DNA of 64,000 nt from the human T2T-CHM13v2.0 reference genome, Homo sapiens: NCBI RefSeq assembly GCF_009914755.1, contig NC_060933.1; one strand, given 5' to 3'. Numbering within the stretch: the first letter of the stretch is position 1; each line of letters opens with the position of its first letter. Under the pieces are notes generated by a model that was not told where the DNA came from, did no database searches, and was given only the letters and a program-made list of their open reading frames with translations. This document shows positions 11,489-25,688 of the stretch, piece by piece. Made by a program: the position numbers and the translations under genes.

Positions 11489-14336
11489 TGTCGTTTGCAT
11501 ATTTTCTTTTGAGGAAGTTCAATTCAGATCTTTTGCCCATTTTTTAATCAGATTATTAGATATTTTTCCTATAGTGTTTGAGTTCCTTTTATATTCTAGT
11601 TATTACTCCTTTGTCAGATGGGTAGTTTGCAAATGTTTTCTCCCTTTCTGTGGGTTGTCTCTTCACTGTGTTTTTCTTTGCTGTGCAGAAGCTTTTAAAC
11701 TTGATGTGATCCCATTTATCCATTTTTACTTCGTTGCCTTTGTTTATGGGGTATTACTCAAGAAATTTTTGCCCAGACCAGTATTCTGGAGAGTTTCCCA
11801 ATATTTTCTGTTAGTAGTTTCATAGTTTCAGGTCTTAGATTTAAGTCTGCAGTCCATTTTGATTTGATTTTTGTATATGGGAAGAGATAGGGGTCAAGTT
11901 TCATTCATTTCCATTTAAGTATCTAGTTTTCCCAGCATCATTTATTGAAGAGACTGTCCTGTTCCCAATGTATATTCTTGTCATCTTTGTTGAAAATGAG
12001 TTTACTGTAGATGTATGGATTTACCTCTGGGTTCTCTATTCTCTTCCACTGATCTAAGTGTCTGTTTTTATGCCATTACCATGTCATTTTGGTTACTACA
12101 GCTCTGTATTATAATTTTAAGTTAGGCAATATGATTCTTCCATTTTGTTCTTTTTGCTTAGGATAGTTTTGGCTGTTCTGGGTCTTTTGTGATTCCATAT
12201 AAATTTTAGGATTTTTTTTCTATTTCTGTGAAGAATGTCTTTAGTATTTTGATAGGGATTGCATTGAATCTTTAGATAGCTTTGGATAGTATGGACATTT
12301 CAACAGTATTGATTCTTCCAGTTCATGAACATGGATTATCTTTCCATATTTTTGTTTCCTCTTCAATTTTTTGCATCAGTGTTTTATAGTTTTCATTGTA
12401 GAGATCTTTCACTTCTCTGGTAAGTTAAATCCTAGGTATTTACTTTTCTTTGTAGCTACTGTAAATGGGATTACTTTCTTGATTTCTTTTTTAGATTGTT
12501 CACTGTTGGTATATAGAAATGCCTCTGATTTTTATGTGTTGATTTTCTGCACCTTTACTGAATTTATCAGTTCTAGTAGTTTTTTGGTGGAGTCTTCAAG
12601 TTTTTTCAAGTACAAGATTATATCATCTGCAAACAACAATAATTTGAATTCTTCCTTTCCAATTTGCAAACCCTTTATTTCTTTTTTTTTTTTTTTTTTG
12701 TCTGATTACGCTGGCTAGGATTTCCAGTACTGTGTTGAAGAACAGTGTTGAAAATAGGAATCCTTGTTGTGTTACAGGTCTTAGAGAAAAGGCTTTCAGT
12801 TTTTCACCACTTAAAATAATACTAGCTGTGAGTTGGTCATATATGGCTTTTATTGTGTTGTGGTATGTACCTTCTGTACCCAGTTTTTTGAGGGTTTTCA
12901 TGAAGGGATGTTGGACTTTATCAAATGCTTTTTCAGCATCAATTGCAGTGATCATACAGTTTTTGTTCTTCATTCTAATGATATGATGTATCACATTGAT
13001 TGATTTGCATATGTTGAATCATCCTTGCATTCCTGGGATAAATCCCACTTGGTCATGATGAATGATCTTTTTAATGTGTTGTTGAATTTGGTTTGCTAGT
13101 ATTTTGTTGAAGATTTCTGCATCAGTCTTCATCAGGGCTATTGGCTGTGGTTTTCTTTTTGATGTTTCCTTTGATTTTGGTATCAGGGTAATACTGGCCT
13201 CACGGAGTGAGCTTGGAAGTGTTCCCTCATCCTCTACTTTTTGGAAGAGTTTAAGTAGGATTGGTGTTCTTATTTAAATGTTTGGTAGAATTCAGCACTG
13301 AAGCCATTGGGTCCTAGGCTTTTCTTTACTGGGAGACCTTTTTATTATGGCTTTGATCTCATTACTTGTTATTGGTCTGTTTGGGTTTTGGATTTCTTTA
13401 TGATTCAATCTTAGTAGGTTGAATATTTCTAGGAATTTACCCATTTGTTTTAGATTTTCCTATTTATTGGCATATAGTTGCTCCTAGTAGCTACTAGTGA
13501 TCCTTTGAATTTCTGTAATATCAGCTATAATGTCTCCTTTTTCATCTCTGATTTTATTTATTTTGATCTTCTCTCCTTTTTTCTTACTCTGGGTAGAGGT
13601 TTGTCAGTTTTGTTTTTCTTTCTTTTTAAAAAACATCTTTTTGTTTTATTGATCTGTTGTGTTCTCATTTCAAATTCACTTATTTCTACTCTGATCTTCA
13701 TTATTGTTTTTCGTCTAATTTTGTGTTTCGTTTGCTCTTGCTTTTGTAGTTTTTTAAGATGCATTGTTAGGTTGTTTATTTGAAGTTTTTCTTCTTTTTT
13801 TATATAAGCACTTACAGCTGTAAACATTCCTCTTAGTATTGCTTTTGCTGTATCCCATAGATTTTGGTGTGTTGTGTTTCTGTTATCATTTGTTTCAAGA
13901 AATGTTTCAATTTCCTTCTTAGTTTCTACATGGACCCACTGGTCATTCAGGAGCATATTGTTTAATTTCCATGTGTTTGTACATCTTCCAAAATTCTTTT
14001 TGTTATTGATTTCTATTTTTATTCCATTGTGGTCAAAGAAGATGCTTGATATTATTGCACTTTTTTTGAACGTTTGAAGACAAGTTTTGTGACCTAACAT
14101 GACCTATCTTTGAGAATGATCTGTGTGCAGAGGAAAAGAATGTGTATCCTGTGACCTTCGTATGAAATGTTCTGTAAATATCTGTTAGGTCGATTTGGTC
14201 TGTAGTGTAGATTACGTGTGATATTTCTTTGTTACTTTTCTATGTGGAGGATCTGTCCATTGCTGAGTGTGGTGTGTTGATGTCTCCAGCTGTTATTGTA
14301 TTGGAGTCTATCTCTCTTTTTATCTCTAATGTTTTC

Positions 14337-15060
14337 GTTTTTTTTTTTTTTAATTTTCTTTTCAAGGTGTTTTTTTTTTGAATTTTTAAAATTATTATTA
14401 TACTTTAAGTTTTAGGGTACATGTGCACAATGTGAGGTTTGTTACATATGTATACATGTGCCATGTTGGTGTGCTGCACCCATTAACTTGTCATTTAGCA
14501 TTAGGTATATCACCTAATGCTATCCCTCCCCCGTCCCCCCACCCCACAACAGTCCCTGGAGTGTGATGTTCCCCTTCCTGTGTCCATGTGTTCTCATTGT
14601 TCAATTCGCACCTGTGAGTGAGAACATGTGGTGTTTGGTTTTCTGTTCTTGCAATACTTTGCTGAGAATGATGGTTTCCAGCTTCATCCATGTCCCTACA
14701 AAGGGCATGAACTCATCATTTTTTATGGCTGCATAGTATTCCATGGTGTATATGTGCCACATTTTCTTAATCCAGTCTACCATTGTTGGACATTTGGGTT
14801 GATTCCAAGTCTTTGCTATTGTGAATAGTGCTGCAATAAACATACGTGTGCATGTGTCTTTATAGCAGCATGATTTATAATCCTTTGGGTATATATCCAG
14901 TAATGGGATGGCTGGGTCAAATGGTATTTCTAGTTCTAGATCCCTGAGGAATCGCCACACCAACTTCCACAGTGGTTGAACTAGTTTACAGTCCCACCAA
15001 CAGTGTAAAAGTGTTCCTATTTCTCCACATCCTCTCCAGCACCTGTTGTTTCGTGACTTT
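14337..15060 (-). mobile_element. 5'-truncated primate L1PA (3' ~0.7 kb) nested in the old L1
   Basis: ORF2 C-terminus WRFLRDLELEIPFDPAIPLL...KHHMFSL, L1PA 3' UTR, T tail, TSD taatgttttc (14327-14336, 15061-15070). Confidence 0.95.
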
Positions 15061-15971
15061 TAATGTTTTCTTCATATATCTAGGTGCTCCACTGTTGAAT
15101 GCATATATATTTATGATTGTTATATTCTCTTGCTCAGTTGACCTCTTTATTATTATATAGTGACCTTATTTTTCTCTTCTTACAGTTTTTGTCTTGAAAT
15201 CTATTTTGACTGATACAAGTGTAGCTACTCCAGCTCTTTTTTGCTTTTGTCGCCATGGAATATCTTTTTTTCATCTGCTTATTTTCAGCCTATGTGTGTC
15301 TTTATAAGTGAAATGTGTTTCTTGTAGACAACAGATAATTGGGTCTTGTTTTTTTATCCATTCAGAGCCACTCTGTGTCTTTTGATTTGAGAGTTTAGTG
15401 CGTTTCCATTGTTATTAAGAAGTAAGGATATGTTCTGCCATTGTATTGTTTGTCTTTTGCTTGTTTTGTGGTCTTCTCTTCCTTTCTTCATTCCTTCATT
15501 TCTTTTATTGAAGGTGATTTTGTCTTGTGGTATGATTTAATTTCTTCCTTTTTATTTTTTAGGTATATGTTATATGGTTTTTGATTTGAGGTTATGATGA
15601 GTCTTGCAAATATTATCTTACAACCTATTATTTTAAGCTGATAACCACTTAACATTGCATAGGCAAAAACACACAGAGGCAAAAAGAAAACCAATAAAAG
15701 CTCTACACTTTAGCCTCTTGCTTTTTAACTTTTTGTTGTCTCTGTTTATATCTCATTATAATTTCTATGTCTTGAAAAGTTGTCATTATTAGTTTTGGTT
15801 GGTTCATCTTTTAGTCTTTCTCCTTAAGATCAGAGTATTTTATATATCACATTTACAGTGTTATAATATGCTGCATTTTTTTGTGTACTTACTATTACCA
15901 GTGAGTTTTGGACCTTCAGTTGATTTCTTATTACTCATCAACTTCCTTTTCTTTCTGATTGAAAAACTCCC

Positions 15972-16277
15972 AGGCTGGACACGGTGGCCCATGCCTGTAA
16001 TCCCAGCACTCTGGGAGGCTGAGGTGGGCTGATCCCTTGAGGTCAGGAGTTCGAGACCATCCTGGAAAATGTGGCAAAGCTCCATCTGTACTAAAAATAT
16101 AAAAAATTAGTTGGGTGTTGTGGCGAGCACCTGTAATCCCAGCTACCTGTGAGGCTGAGGCAGGAGATCGCTTGAACCCGGGAGACGAAGGTTGCAGTGA
16201 GCCGAGATCGCACCGCTGTACTCCAGCCTGGGTGACAGAGCGAGACGCCATCTCAAGAAAAAAAAAAAAAAGAAACA
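15972..16277 (+). mobile_element. AluS, sense, nested in the old L1
   Basis: TSD gaaaaactccc (15961-15971, 16278-16288). Confidence 0.92.
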
Positions 16278-19158
16278 GAAAAACTCCCTTTAGCATTTAT
16301 TGTAGGATAGGTATGATGTTTATGAAATCCCTCAGGTTTTGTTTGTCTGGGAAAGTCTTTTTTTCTCCTTTACGTTCAGAGGATATTTTCACCAGATATA
16401 CTATTTTAGGGTAAATGTTTTTTTTTCTTTCAGCACTTTAAATATGTCATGACACTCTCTCCTGGCCTGTTAGGTTTTCACTGAAAAATCTGCTGCCAGA
16501 CAGACATATTTGGAGCTCCATTGAATGTTATTTTTTTCTTTTCTCTTGCTGCTTTTAGGATCCTTTTTTTCCCCTTGACCTTTGGGGGTTTGATTATTAA
16601 ATGCCTTGGGATAGTCTTCTTTGGGTTAGATCTGCTTGGTATTCTGTAATCTTCTTGTACTTTGACATTAATATCATTCCCTAGGTTTGGGAAATTCTCT
16701 ATTATTCTTCCTCTTGACCAACTTTCTACCCTCATCTGTTTCTCTGCCTCTGCGTTAAGGCTAGTAACTCTCAGATTTGCCCTTTTGAGGCTTTCTTGAT
16801 CCTGTAGGTGTGCTTCACTGGTTTTTATTCTTTCTTCTTTTGTCTCCTCTCATTGTGTATTTTCAAATAACCTGTCTTCGAGTTCACTAGTTCCTTCTTC
16901 TGCTTGATCAGTTCTGTCCTTACAAGACTTTGATGCATTCTTCAATGTCAGTAGCATTTTTCAACTCAGAATTTCTACTTGATTCTTTTTAATTATTTCA
17001 ATCTCTTTGTTAAGTTTATCTGATATAATTTTGAATTCCTTCCTTGTGGTATGTTGAATTTCTTTGAGTTTACTCTGAGCAGTTACTTTGAATTCTTTGA
17101 GAGGTCACATATCTGTGTTTCTCCAGGACTGGCCCCTGGTGCCTTATTTAGTTTACTTGGTGAGATCATGTTTTCCTGGATTGTCTTGATGCTTATGGAT
17201 GTTCATCTGTCTAGGCATTAAAGAGTTAGGTATTTACTGTAGTCTTCCAAGCCTAGGCTGGTTTTTACCCATTCTCCTTGGGAAGGCTTTCCAGGTATTT
17301 GGAAGGACTTGAGCATTGTGATCTAAGCTGTATCTGCATTAGCAGACACCCCAAGCTCAGTAACACTGTGGTTCTTGCAGACTTGCAGAGGTACTGTCTT
17401 CATGTTCTTGGATAAAATCCAGAGGAATTTTCTGGATTACTAGGCAGGGACTCTTGTTCTCTTCCCTTACTTTCTTCCAAACAAAGGGAGTCTCTCTGTT
17501 TGTTCTGAGCCATGTGGAGCTGTAGGTAGTGTGACAGAAGACTCTCTGTTGTTACCACCTCTAGGACTGTGCTGGTTCAGAACTGAAGCAAGCACAGCAT
17601 TAGATCTCACCTAACGCTGGCCCACTGTAACCACTACTTGGCTACCAGATACTATGTTTGCTCAGGCCTTGGGACACTACAGTCAGCAGATGGTGAAGCT
17701 AGCTAGGCTTGTGTCCTGCCCTTCATGATGGTGAGTTGTTGTGGGCCCAGGTGCGTACTGAGGTACCATCCAGGAGCTAGGGACTGGAGTGAGAAACCTT
17801 AGAAGTCTTTCTGGTGTTCTGCTGTCCTGCAGCTGTGCTGGCACTCAAACCAGAAGACACAGTACTTCTCACCTTTCTTTCCCATTTCTACTGGCAGAGG
17901 AGCCTCAGCCCATGACCGCCACTACTACAGGCTCATGGAGAATACTGCTGGGCTACCACCAATATTCAGTTAAGGCCCTAGGGCTCTTAAGTCAGTTTGT
18001 GGTGAATAGTGCCAGCCTGGGACTCACCCTTCGGGACACTGGGCTCCCCGCTGGCCCAGAACTGGTAAAGAAATGCTAAGAGCCAAGGCCTGGAATTGAG
18101 GACCCCAAGATCCTGGTTGGTACTCCAATTCCTGTGGCCAAGCTGGTACCTAAGGTGCAAGAGAAAGTCACCTTTACTTTCCCCCCTACTTTTCTTATCA
18201 GAAAGAATCTCTCCTTGTGGCCACCATTACCTAGGAATGTGCTGACTTGCAACTAAAGTTAGCAAGTCTCGGAGTCTCACCCAAGGCTCACGGGGTACCA
18301 TCTGGGTATCACTGCTGGTTATTCAGGGCTCAAGGGCTGTTTAGTCAGCAGATGATGGGTCTTGCCAATACTGGGTCCATTGTTTCAAGGCAGTGAGTTC
18401 CCTTCCGGCCAAGGGTGTGTCTAGAAATGTCCAGGAGCTAGGCCCTGCAATGGAGCCTTCATGACTCTGCCCAGTGCCATGTCCTACAGTGGGTGAGCTG
18501 GTATCCAAGATGCAAGGCAAAGTCCTTTTTACTCTCTCTTCTCCTCTCCTCAAGCAGAAGGAAGGGATCTCTTTAATTGAGCTCTGCTGCCTGAAATTGA
18601 GGTCGGAGGTGGCACAAGTACTTCCTCAGCTGCCTCGACTGGTGTCTCAGTAAGTTGAATGTCCAGTGGCTCTGAGCCCAGTCCAGCACCATGACTCGCC
18701 TAGGAGTTGCAGTTCTTGTGGCCTAGACTGCCTTTCATGTTTATTTCGCACCCCAGAGTACTCTAGCCCGTGGTGGCAAGGCTTGCTGGAACTGGGATGT
18801 GTGATCTCCCTCTGACGTGGACTGGTTAAATATTCCCTCTGTGGGCAGGCGCCAGGTCAGCTCAGCCAGGTTTGCTTTCTCTTGTAACTGGGCAGCACGG
18901 AATTCAGTGCATTCTCTTACAATTTCTGTGCTCTCCTGTGCCATGTGACCGTTGCCAGGGGATAAGGGAGGGGCGGCGTTGGTGATTCAAGACTGTTTCT
19001 CCTACCGTCTTCAGTGCCTCTTTCAGTGATAGGAAGTTAAAAACCAGGTACTGTGGGTGCTCACCTGATTTTTGGTTCTTATGAAGGTACTTTTTTATAT
19101 AGATGGTTGTTAAATTTGGTGTTCCTCCAGAGGGGATGATTCGTGGAGCCTTCTATTT

Positions 19159-19168
19159 GGCCATCTTG
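19159..19168 (-). promoter_or_regulatory. YY1-type motif at the L1 5' end
   Basis: Minus strand reads CAAGATGGCC, the conserved L1 5' UTR YY1 core. Confidence 0.6.
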
Positions 19169-20399
19169 TTCTGCCCTGTCTCCAAAATCCTCTCATTACT
19201 TTTGACTTAAGTTTCTACAGTTTGTGTCTAATCTGTGCATCAGTTTCTCCTGCAGGCTATTGCTAATTTAAAATTTAATGCCAATATGCTCACCATAAAA
19301 ATGTAGAATTTGGAGAGCTTTCTTTCTGGGTTTCCCCCCACCGTTTTGTTTTTTTTTTTGCCTATACTGAAAATTGTTAAGGCTAAGTATTTCTGTGAAA
19401 TACATCAACACTACTTTAGGGATATACTTTTAATTATGAAGGAGGATGTTAGTTAAATGCCTGGAATATGTTGATAACCTAAATGTTTACCTCTATTCCA
19501 ATAAATTATAATCCAAGTCCTTAATCTTCTGTAGAGTATTACAAGGTAATTGCTAATAAGTAATAGGAGAATTTTTTGTGTGATCTTCTGAAGAATTTAA
19601 ATTATAAAATTCTAAAGAGTAAATATAAAAATAAAATTAATATAAGAATAAATTAATAAACAAAAAGGAATGTGTGTAAGATTATTTTTTAATTTGGGGG
19701 ACAGTATAGCATTTGGTAGATGTTTCTCTCCAGGAAATTTGGATGTTTCTTCCAGGACCTTTCGGGGACTGAGGGCTGTGGGATTTTGTTAGAGTGCCAC
19801 AAATATGAATGAGAACTGCATGTGAAGATTGATAATGTAACATCATAGAAAGTCACAGAATGTAACATCCAACTCCCTTTTATGACTTTGACCAATCATG
19901 AGTTGCCTGGAATCTGTACATGGCAGCATTAAGCCTATGGTGTCATTGTTTATTGCCAGTTTGAAAAACTCCAAATAAAGTATCAGTTGTGCTATGTCCT
20001 TCTAGGGAGCTTTTTTGTTACCTTAAAGAATTCTTGGAGGTCAGGCAGGGTAAATACAGTAGCCAGTATACCTATAATCTAGATATTAAATCAAAATTGA
20101 AGGAAGATGTAAAAGTAATATAATGAGAAGATTTGGCTTTATTAAAGATCTTCAGCCAAGGTTCTTTTTGGCCCTAGAATTTGTTTATTCTGGCTTGCTT
20201 TGTATTTCCATTTTGCTTTAATTAGTTTGTCTTAAAAATTAGGGACCTTAAATAAAACTGAATTTACTTACTCATTGCATTTTTTAACCTAGAGGTGGTG
20301 GGTAAGAGAAATATATAAGAATAACATGTGACACTGATAAATACTGACCAGATGACTAATTACATGTCATTATATATTTTCATCATTATACATCATTCA

Positions 20400-20695
20400 T
20401 CTATGAAAATGCTGTGTTTGATAGTATAATGGTAAATATATGTCATTATACTTTTGTCCAACCCATAGAATGTACAACACCAAGAGTGAATCCTAAACTA
20501 AACTGTGGATTCTGGGTGATGATGTGTCAGTGTAGGTTCATCAGTTGTAACAAATGTGCTGCTCTGGTGGGGGATGTTGATAATGATGGAAGCTATGTAT
20601 GTGTGCAGGCAAGAGATAATTGGGAAGTTTCTGTACCCTTCAATTATGCTATGAACTTAAAGTTGCTATAAAAAATAAAGTCTAATAAAAAAGTT
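20400..20695 (+). mobile_element. L1MC-type 3' end fragment
   Basis: cccatagaatgtacaacaccaagagtgaatcctaa...aaataaagtcta. Confidence 0.8.
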
Positions 20696-21142
20696 ATTTT
20701 AAGGCCTTACTGTAACCCTGTCTGCTTTGATGCAAAGTACATTGTATTTTAAATTCCATTTTATTTCAATATATGCCTTACAGTTAATTCAGGAGAATTT
20801 GAATATTTATGCTTGATAGTAATATAGTACAACAAAAAAAGCAGCTATCCATTATACCATTATAGTTTTGGATGACTATTGCCATGCTATCAAAAACTAG
20901 ATTTTGTAATGAAAAATGTAAGAGCACTTTATAGGTTGGAATTCTCATTCCATATAATGGAATGCATAAACTAGGTAATTATGCACATTTATTATTTACT
21001 GAAAAGCATTTATTTTACTCTGCAGAATCATAAAGAAAGTTGTATTTATTATGTACATATAATAAACATAACATTCTTTTTCTTTTTCCCAAAATGGTTT
21101 TAAGAAATCAAAACCCAAACATGAAATGGGTTTTCAACTTAG

Positions 21143-21512
<370 letters not shown>

Positions 21513-21643
21513 AGTTTTTTTAAAAATTGTAGTAACAATTAGATATAAGCAAACTATATCTTGATGATCACTTGGAATTAGCTTTCCTTTTCCACTTACA
21601 AAGAATGGAATATACAATTGGAGTGATTTTAAAAAAAACTATT

Positions 21644-21766
21644 TTGGTGGCTGTTTATATGTACATATATACACACACAGATACATATATATGTATATAT
21701 AAACAGCCACCAATATTTTATATATATATGTGTGTGTGTATGTGTGTGTGTGTGTATAAAATATTG
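21644..21766. repeat. Two overlapping inverted repeats interleaved with TA/CA/TG microsatellite
   Basis: Arms 21644-21671 and 21686-21713 (27/28 match); arms 21711-21722 and 21755-21766 (12/12). Confidence 0.9.
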
Positions 21767-24700
21767 CTTGGTTATAAGTAAGTGGCATCTGCATATTAAG
21801 TAATGGTTGCCACTAATGCCCTTCAGTGCTGCACGTGGCCATTTTATTTGTCTTCTGAACCAAAGTGAAGTCATTTGTCTGCATAAATCATAGTTATAGA
21901 ATTAACTTCCAGAACTATCTGAGGTGTAATGGTCTTCATAAATCCCACTCCCCTAGTACTGCTAAATTTTCTGAGCTAGAGATTGTAAGTGACTTGTTGA
22001 AAAATATTTATCAGACCTCTGGAACTTTGGAGTATACCTTAGTCTACTTTCCAACCTTAAGTTTCAGGTAAAGACAATTCATGTCTTAGAAAACTGGTAA
22101 CTCTTGACATCTTTGTGAACCACGAAGCTCCAACCCCTGTAACTCTGTATTTACTTTTCCATAATATTAGGCAGGTGGTGAAAGAATGTTAGGTAGAATC
22201 TTTGACTCCCAACACTGTTTGAAGCTGAGTCCAATAAATTGAGCGTAATTCCTGTAGATGGAGGCACATCTCGTAAGAAGCAACCTAACTCCATTCAGTT
22301 GAATCTGAAGGCAACTTTCTGTCCTGTCTACAGCAAGAGTTAGCTTAGGGTAGAGATTATTAAAGAAAATTTGTATGGTTGAGGATTATGTTACTTTTAT
22401 TCCAGAACACAACCTTTATTACCCCTGTCCAACCTCCCAAATAAAAATAATGATGCTGATAATTGATGTTAGAAATTACCAAGCATTTGTCTCTTGGAAT
22501 CTTCTGCTTTAGAGAAAGTAGTTTCATTTTCGAACTTTGGACCTATGTGTTCAGAATAACTATGGATTTTCATGTAAGCTAATATAACTAGCAGGGATAG
22601 ACTTTTCTTTATTTCCACAGAACTTGATACCGATAAAGGCTAAGGAATTCTTCGTCTATCTCAGAAGCCTCGTTTTACAACTAATGAACCGGAGGGTGTT
22701 AGAGTTGTGATTCCTTTGCCCAGGATCACTCTTGTGTGTCCTAAGAGAACCAGGATGCCAGACCATCTCATTCCCAGGCCTTGCCTCCTCTGCTCAGCTT
22801 TTGTTTTTGGAGGGGAAAGAAGGCCAAACCACTGACCTAATCCTGAACAATGTATTTGACTAGTTTTTGTTTGTTTACATTGAAAATAAAGCCAGCACTA
22901 ACTTCTGGCGTTACTGGTTTTCTACTTAACGTAGAATAATTAGCATTATTGGTTGGATGAGCAGGTTCTTTTCCCTTTCATATGTACTCTAGGTTCTGCC
23001 TAGAGGACCTTTCCCAGAACTGGATAACGTCTTGAATTCAATTTCCCAACTGACAACAGCATTGGCATTTTTCTTTTTCGAAGAGCTCTGAAGCGGCTTT
23101 GTAGATCAGAGCGATTGATTTTGAGATCAGATTGGCTTATGGCCTTGAGAGTTCATGGTGGCATTGCTGTTCCCTCTGATCTGTTTTATGCTGGATTTTT
23201 TTTTTTTTTTTTAATTCCACGGGATACTGTCAAGACCAGGTGATGAGAGGCTGTCAGCCTGCAAGGCCGACTTTGATCTTTATACAAAGTAAAACTAGTG
23301 GAAAAAGAAAGGCCCGGTTCTTGTCAAAGGCAGGACATTCACCATTGGGCGGGTAGCCAAGTGGTTGCTTTTGCTATCTTATTCTTCCCTACTGTGGTGT
23401 CTCTTAAAACACTGGACAGGACTCTCCTCTCTCATTTGAGGTAATAGATTTGGCTTCAAAATCACCTCTTGCCTCCTGAGGTGGCAGATTATTCTGAATT
23501 GCTGCAGACTTAAACCTTGGCCTGCAAAGGCCATGGTGGTAATAATTATTTCACTTTAACCAAACGGAAGAGCACATAAGAGGATATCAGTTATCCTGAC
23601 AGCATAGCTATGATGTGGAAGCCGTCCTGTTAGGGAACTGCTGAGTGGCTAAAAAGTCACAAATCATTTTTCTCTGTTCTTTCCTCTTTCTTTTGCTCAA
23701 TAACACCCCCCACCTCTGCTCTGTAATGGAGAGAAATAAAAAGAAGTTTAGATAGCTTACTGTAAGTGGAACTGTATTCATAAATAGCTTCTTGATTGAG
23801 AACAAATGCCTCATTAATCTTTAGTGCTTCAACTAGAAAGCACAAGTAAAGTCAAGAAGAATAATGAGTGACATTACAGGGAGCCTAACATACTGTACTA
23901 CACACCAGGCTGTGCTTGCCTGGAGGTCACTGGGCTGCAAGGCACATCTCTTTTGCAATGAGGAGAGAGATCCCCAGGAAGAGTGTGGAAAAACTGCAGT
24001 GCAGGCATTTCTCTTGAGTGGCAAAAATTAATTCAGTGACATGATGAAGAAATCATGTACTTTTTTTTTTTTTGGTGGTGGTGGTGGGGCATCAGTTGGT
24101 CTCTCAATCTGATTGTTGCTTTTTTTAAAAAATTGTTTTTTAAATTGACATAATTGTACATATTCATGGGGTACACAGTGGTGTTTCAGTACATACAATG
24201 TATAGTGATCAGGGCAATTAACATATCCGTCATCTCAAACATTTATCATTTCTTGATGTTGGGAACATGCAATACCTCCTCTAGCTATTTGAAATTGTAT
24301 GTTATTGTTAGCTATAGTCATCCTACACTGGTATAGACCACAGAAATATAGAACTTAGTCCTATCTAGCTGTAATTTTTTATCTTTTAACACATCTCTCC
24401 CAATTCCTCCTTTCTGTCTATCCTTCTCAGCCTCTAGTATCGTTTTACTTTTTACTTCTATGGGATCAACTTGTTTCAGCATCCACATATGAGTGAGAAT
24501 GTGCAGTGTTTAATTTTCTGTTCCTGGCTTATTTCGCTTAATGTCCTCCAGTTCCTTCCATGTTGTTGCAAATGACAAGATTTCATTCCATGGTGTATAC
24601 ATGCCACATTTTCTTTATTCATCTTTCATTGGATACCTAGGTTGATTCCATATCTTAGCTATTTTCAACAGTGCTACAGTAAACATAGAGGGGGCATATA

Positions 24701-25056
24701 TGTCTCTTTGATATAATGATTTCTTTTCCTTTGCATAAATTCCCAGTAGTGGTATTGCTGTATCATGTGGTAGTTCTATTTGTAGTTTTTTGAAGAAACT
24801 TCATATTGTTCTCCATGGTGGCTTTACTAGTTTACATTCCCACCAACAGTGATAAGAGTTCCTTTTTCTCCACGTCCTTACCAGTATTTGTTACTTTTTG
24901 TCATTTAATAATACACATTCTCACTGGGGTGAAAGGATAACTCATTGTAGTTTTGATTTACATTTCCCTGGTGATGTTTACCCTTTCTTTTTGTATATTT
25001 GTTTTCCATTTGTATGTATTTTGTGAAATGTATGTTCAGATCATTTGCCCATTCTT

Positions 25057-25688
<632 letters not shown>

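Larger units (their letters stand above)
10702..19190 (-). mobile_element. Near full-length old LINE-1 (L1MA-type 3' end), antisense to KDM4C, ORFs decayed
   Basis: ORF2-like peptides at 12623-12994 ([14 protein letters not shown]) and 13558-14100 ([10 protein letters not shown]); ORF1-like at 16478-16735; ORF2 ATG near 15441; 5' end CAAGATGGCC; TSD tctca(c/t)tactttt at 10689-10701 and 19191-19203. Confidence 0.92.

Noticed and set aside
11109-11825. 238-aa ORF, the longest in the track
   Set aside because: Chance read-through of microsatellite, antisense Alu and antisense L1 sequence; the same applies to the other Alu-derived ORFs
12623-16735. Minus-strand ORFs resembling L1 ORF1 and ORF2
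   Set aside because: Fragments of a decayed L1 broken by stops, frameshifts and nested insertions; not a functional gene
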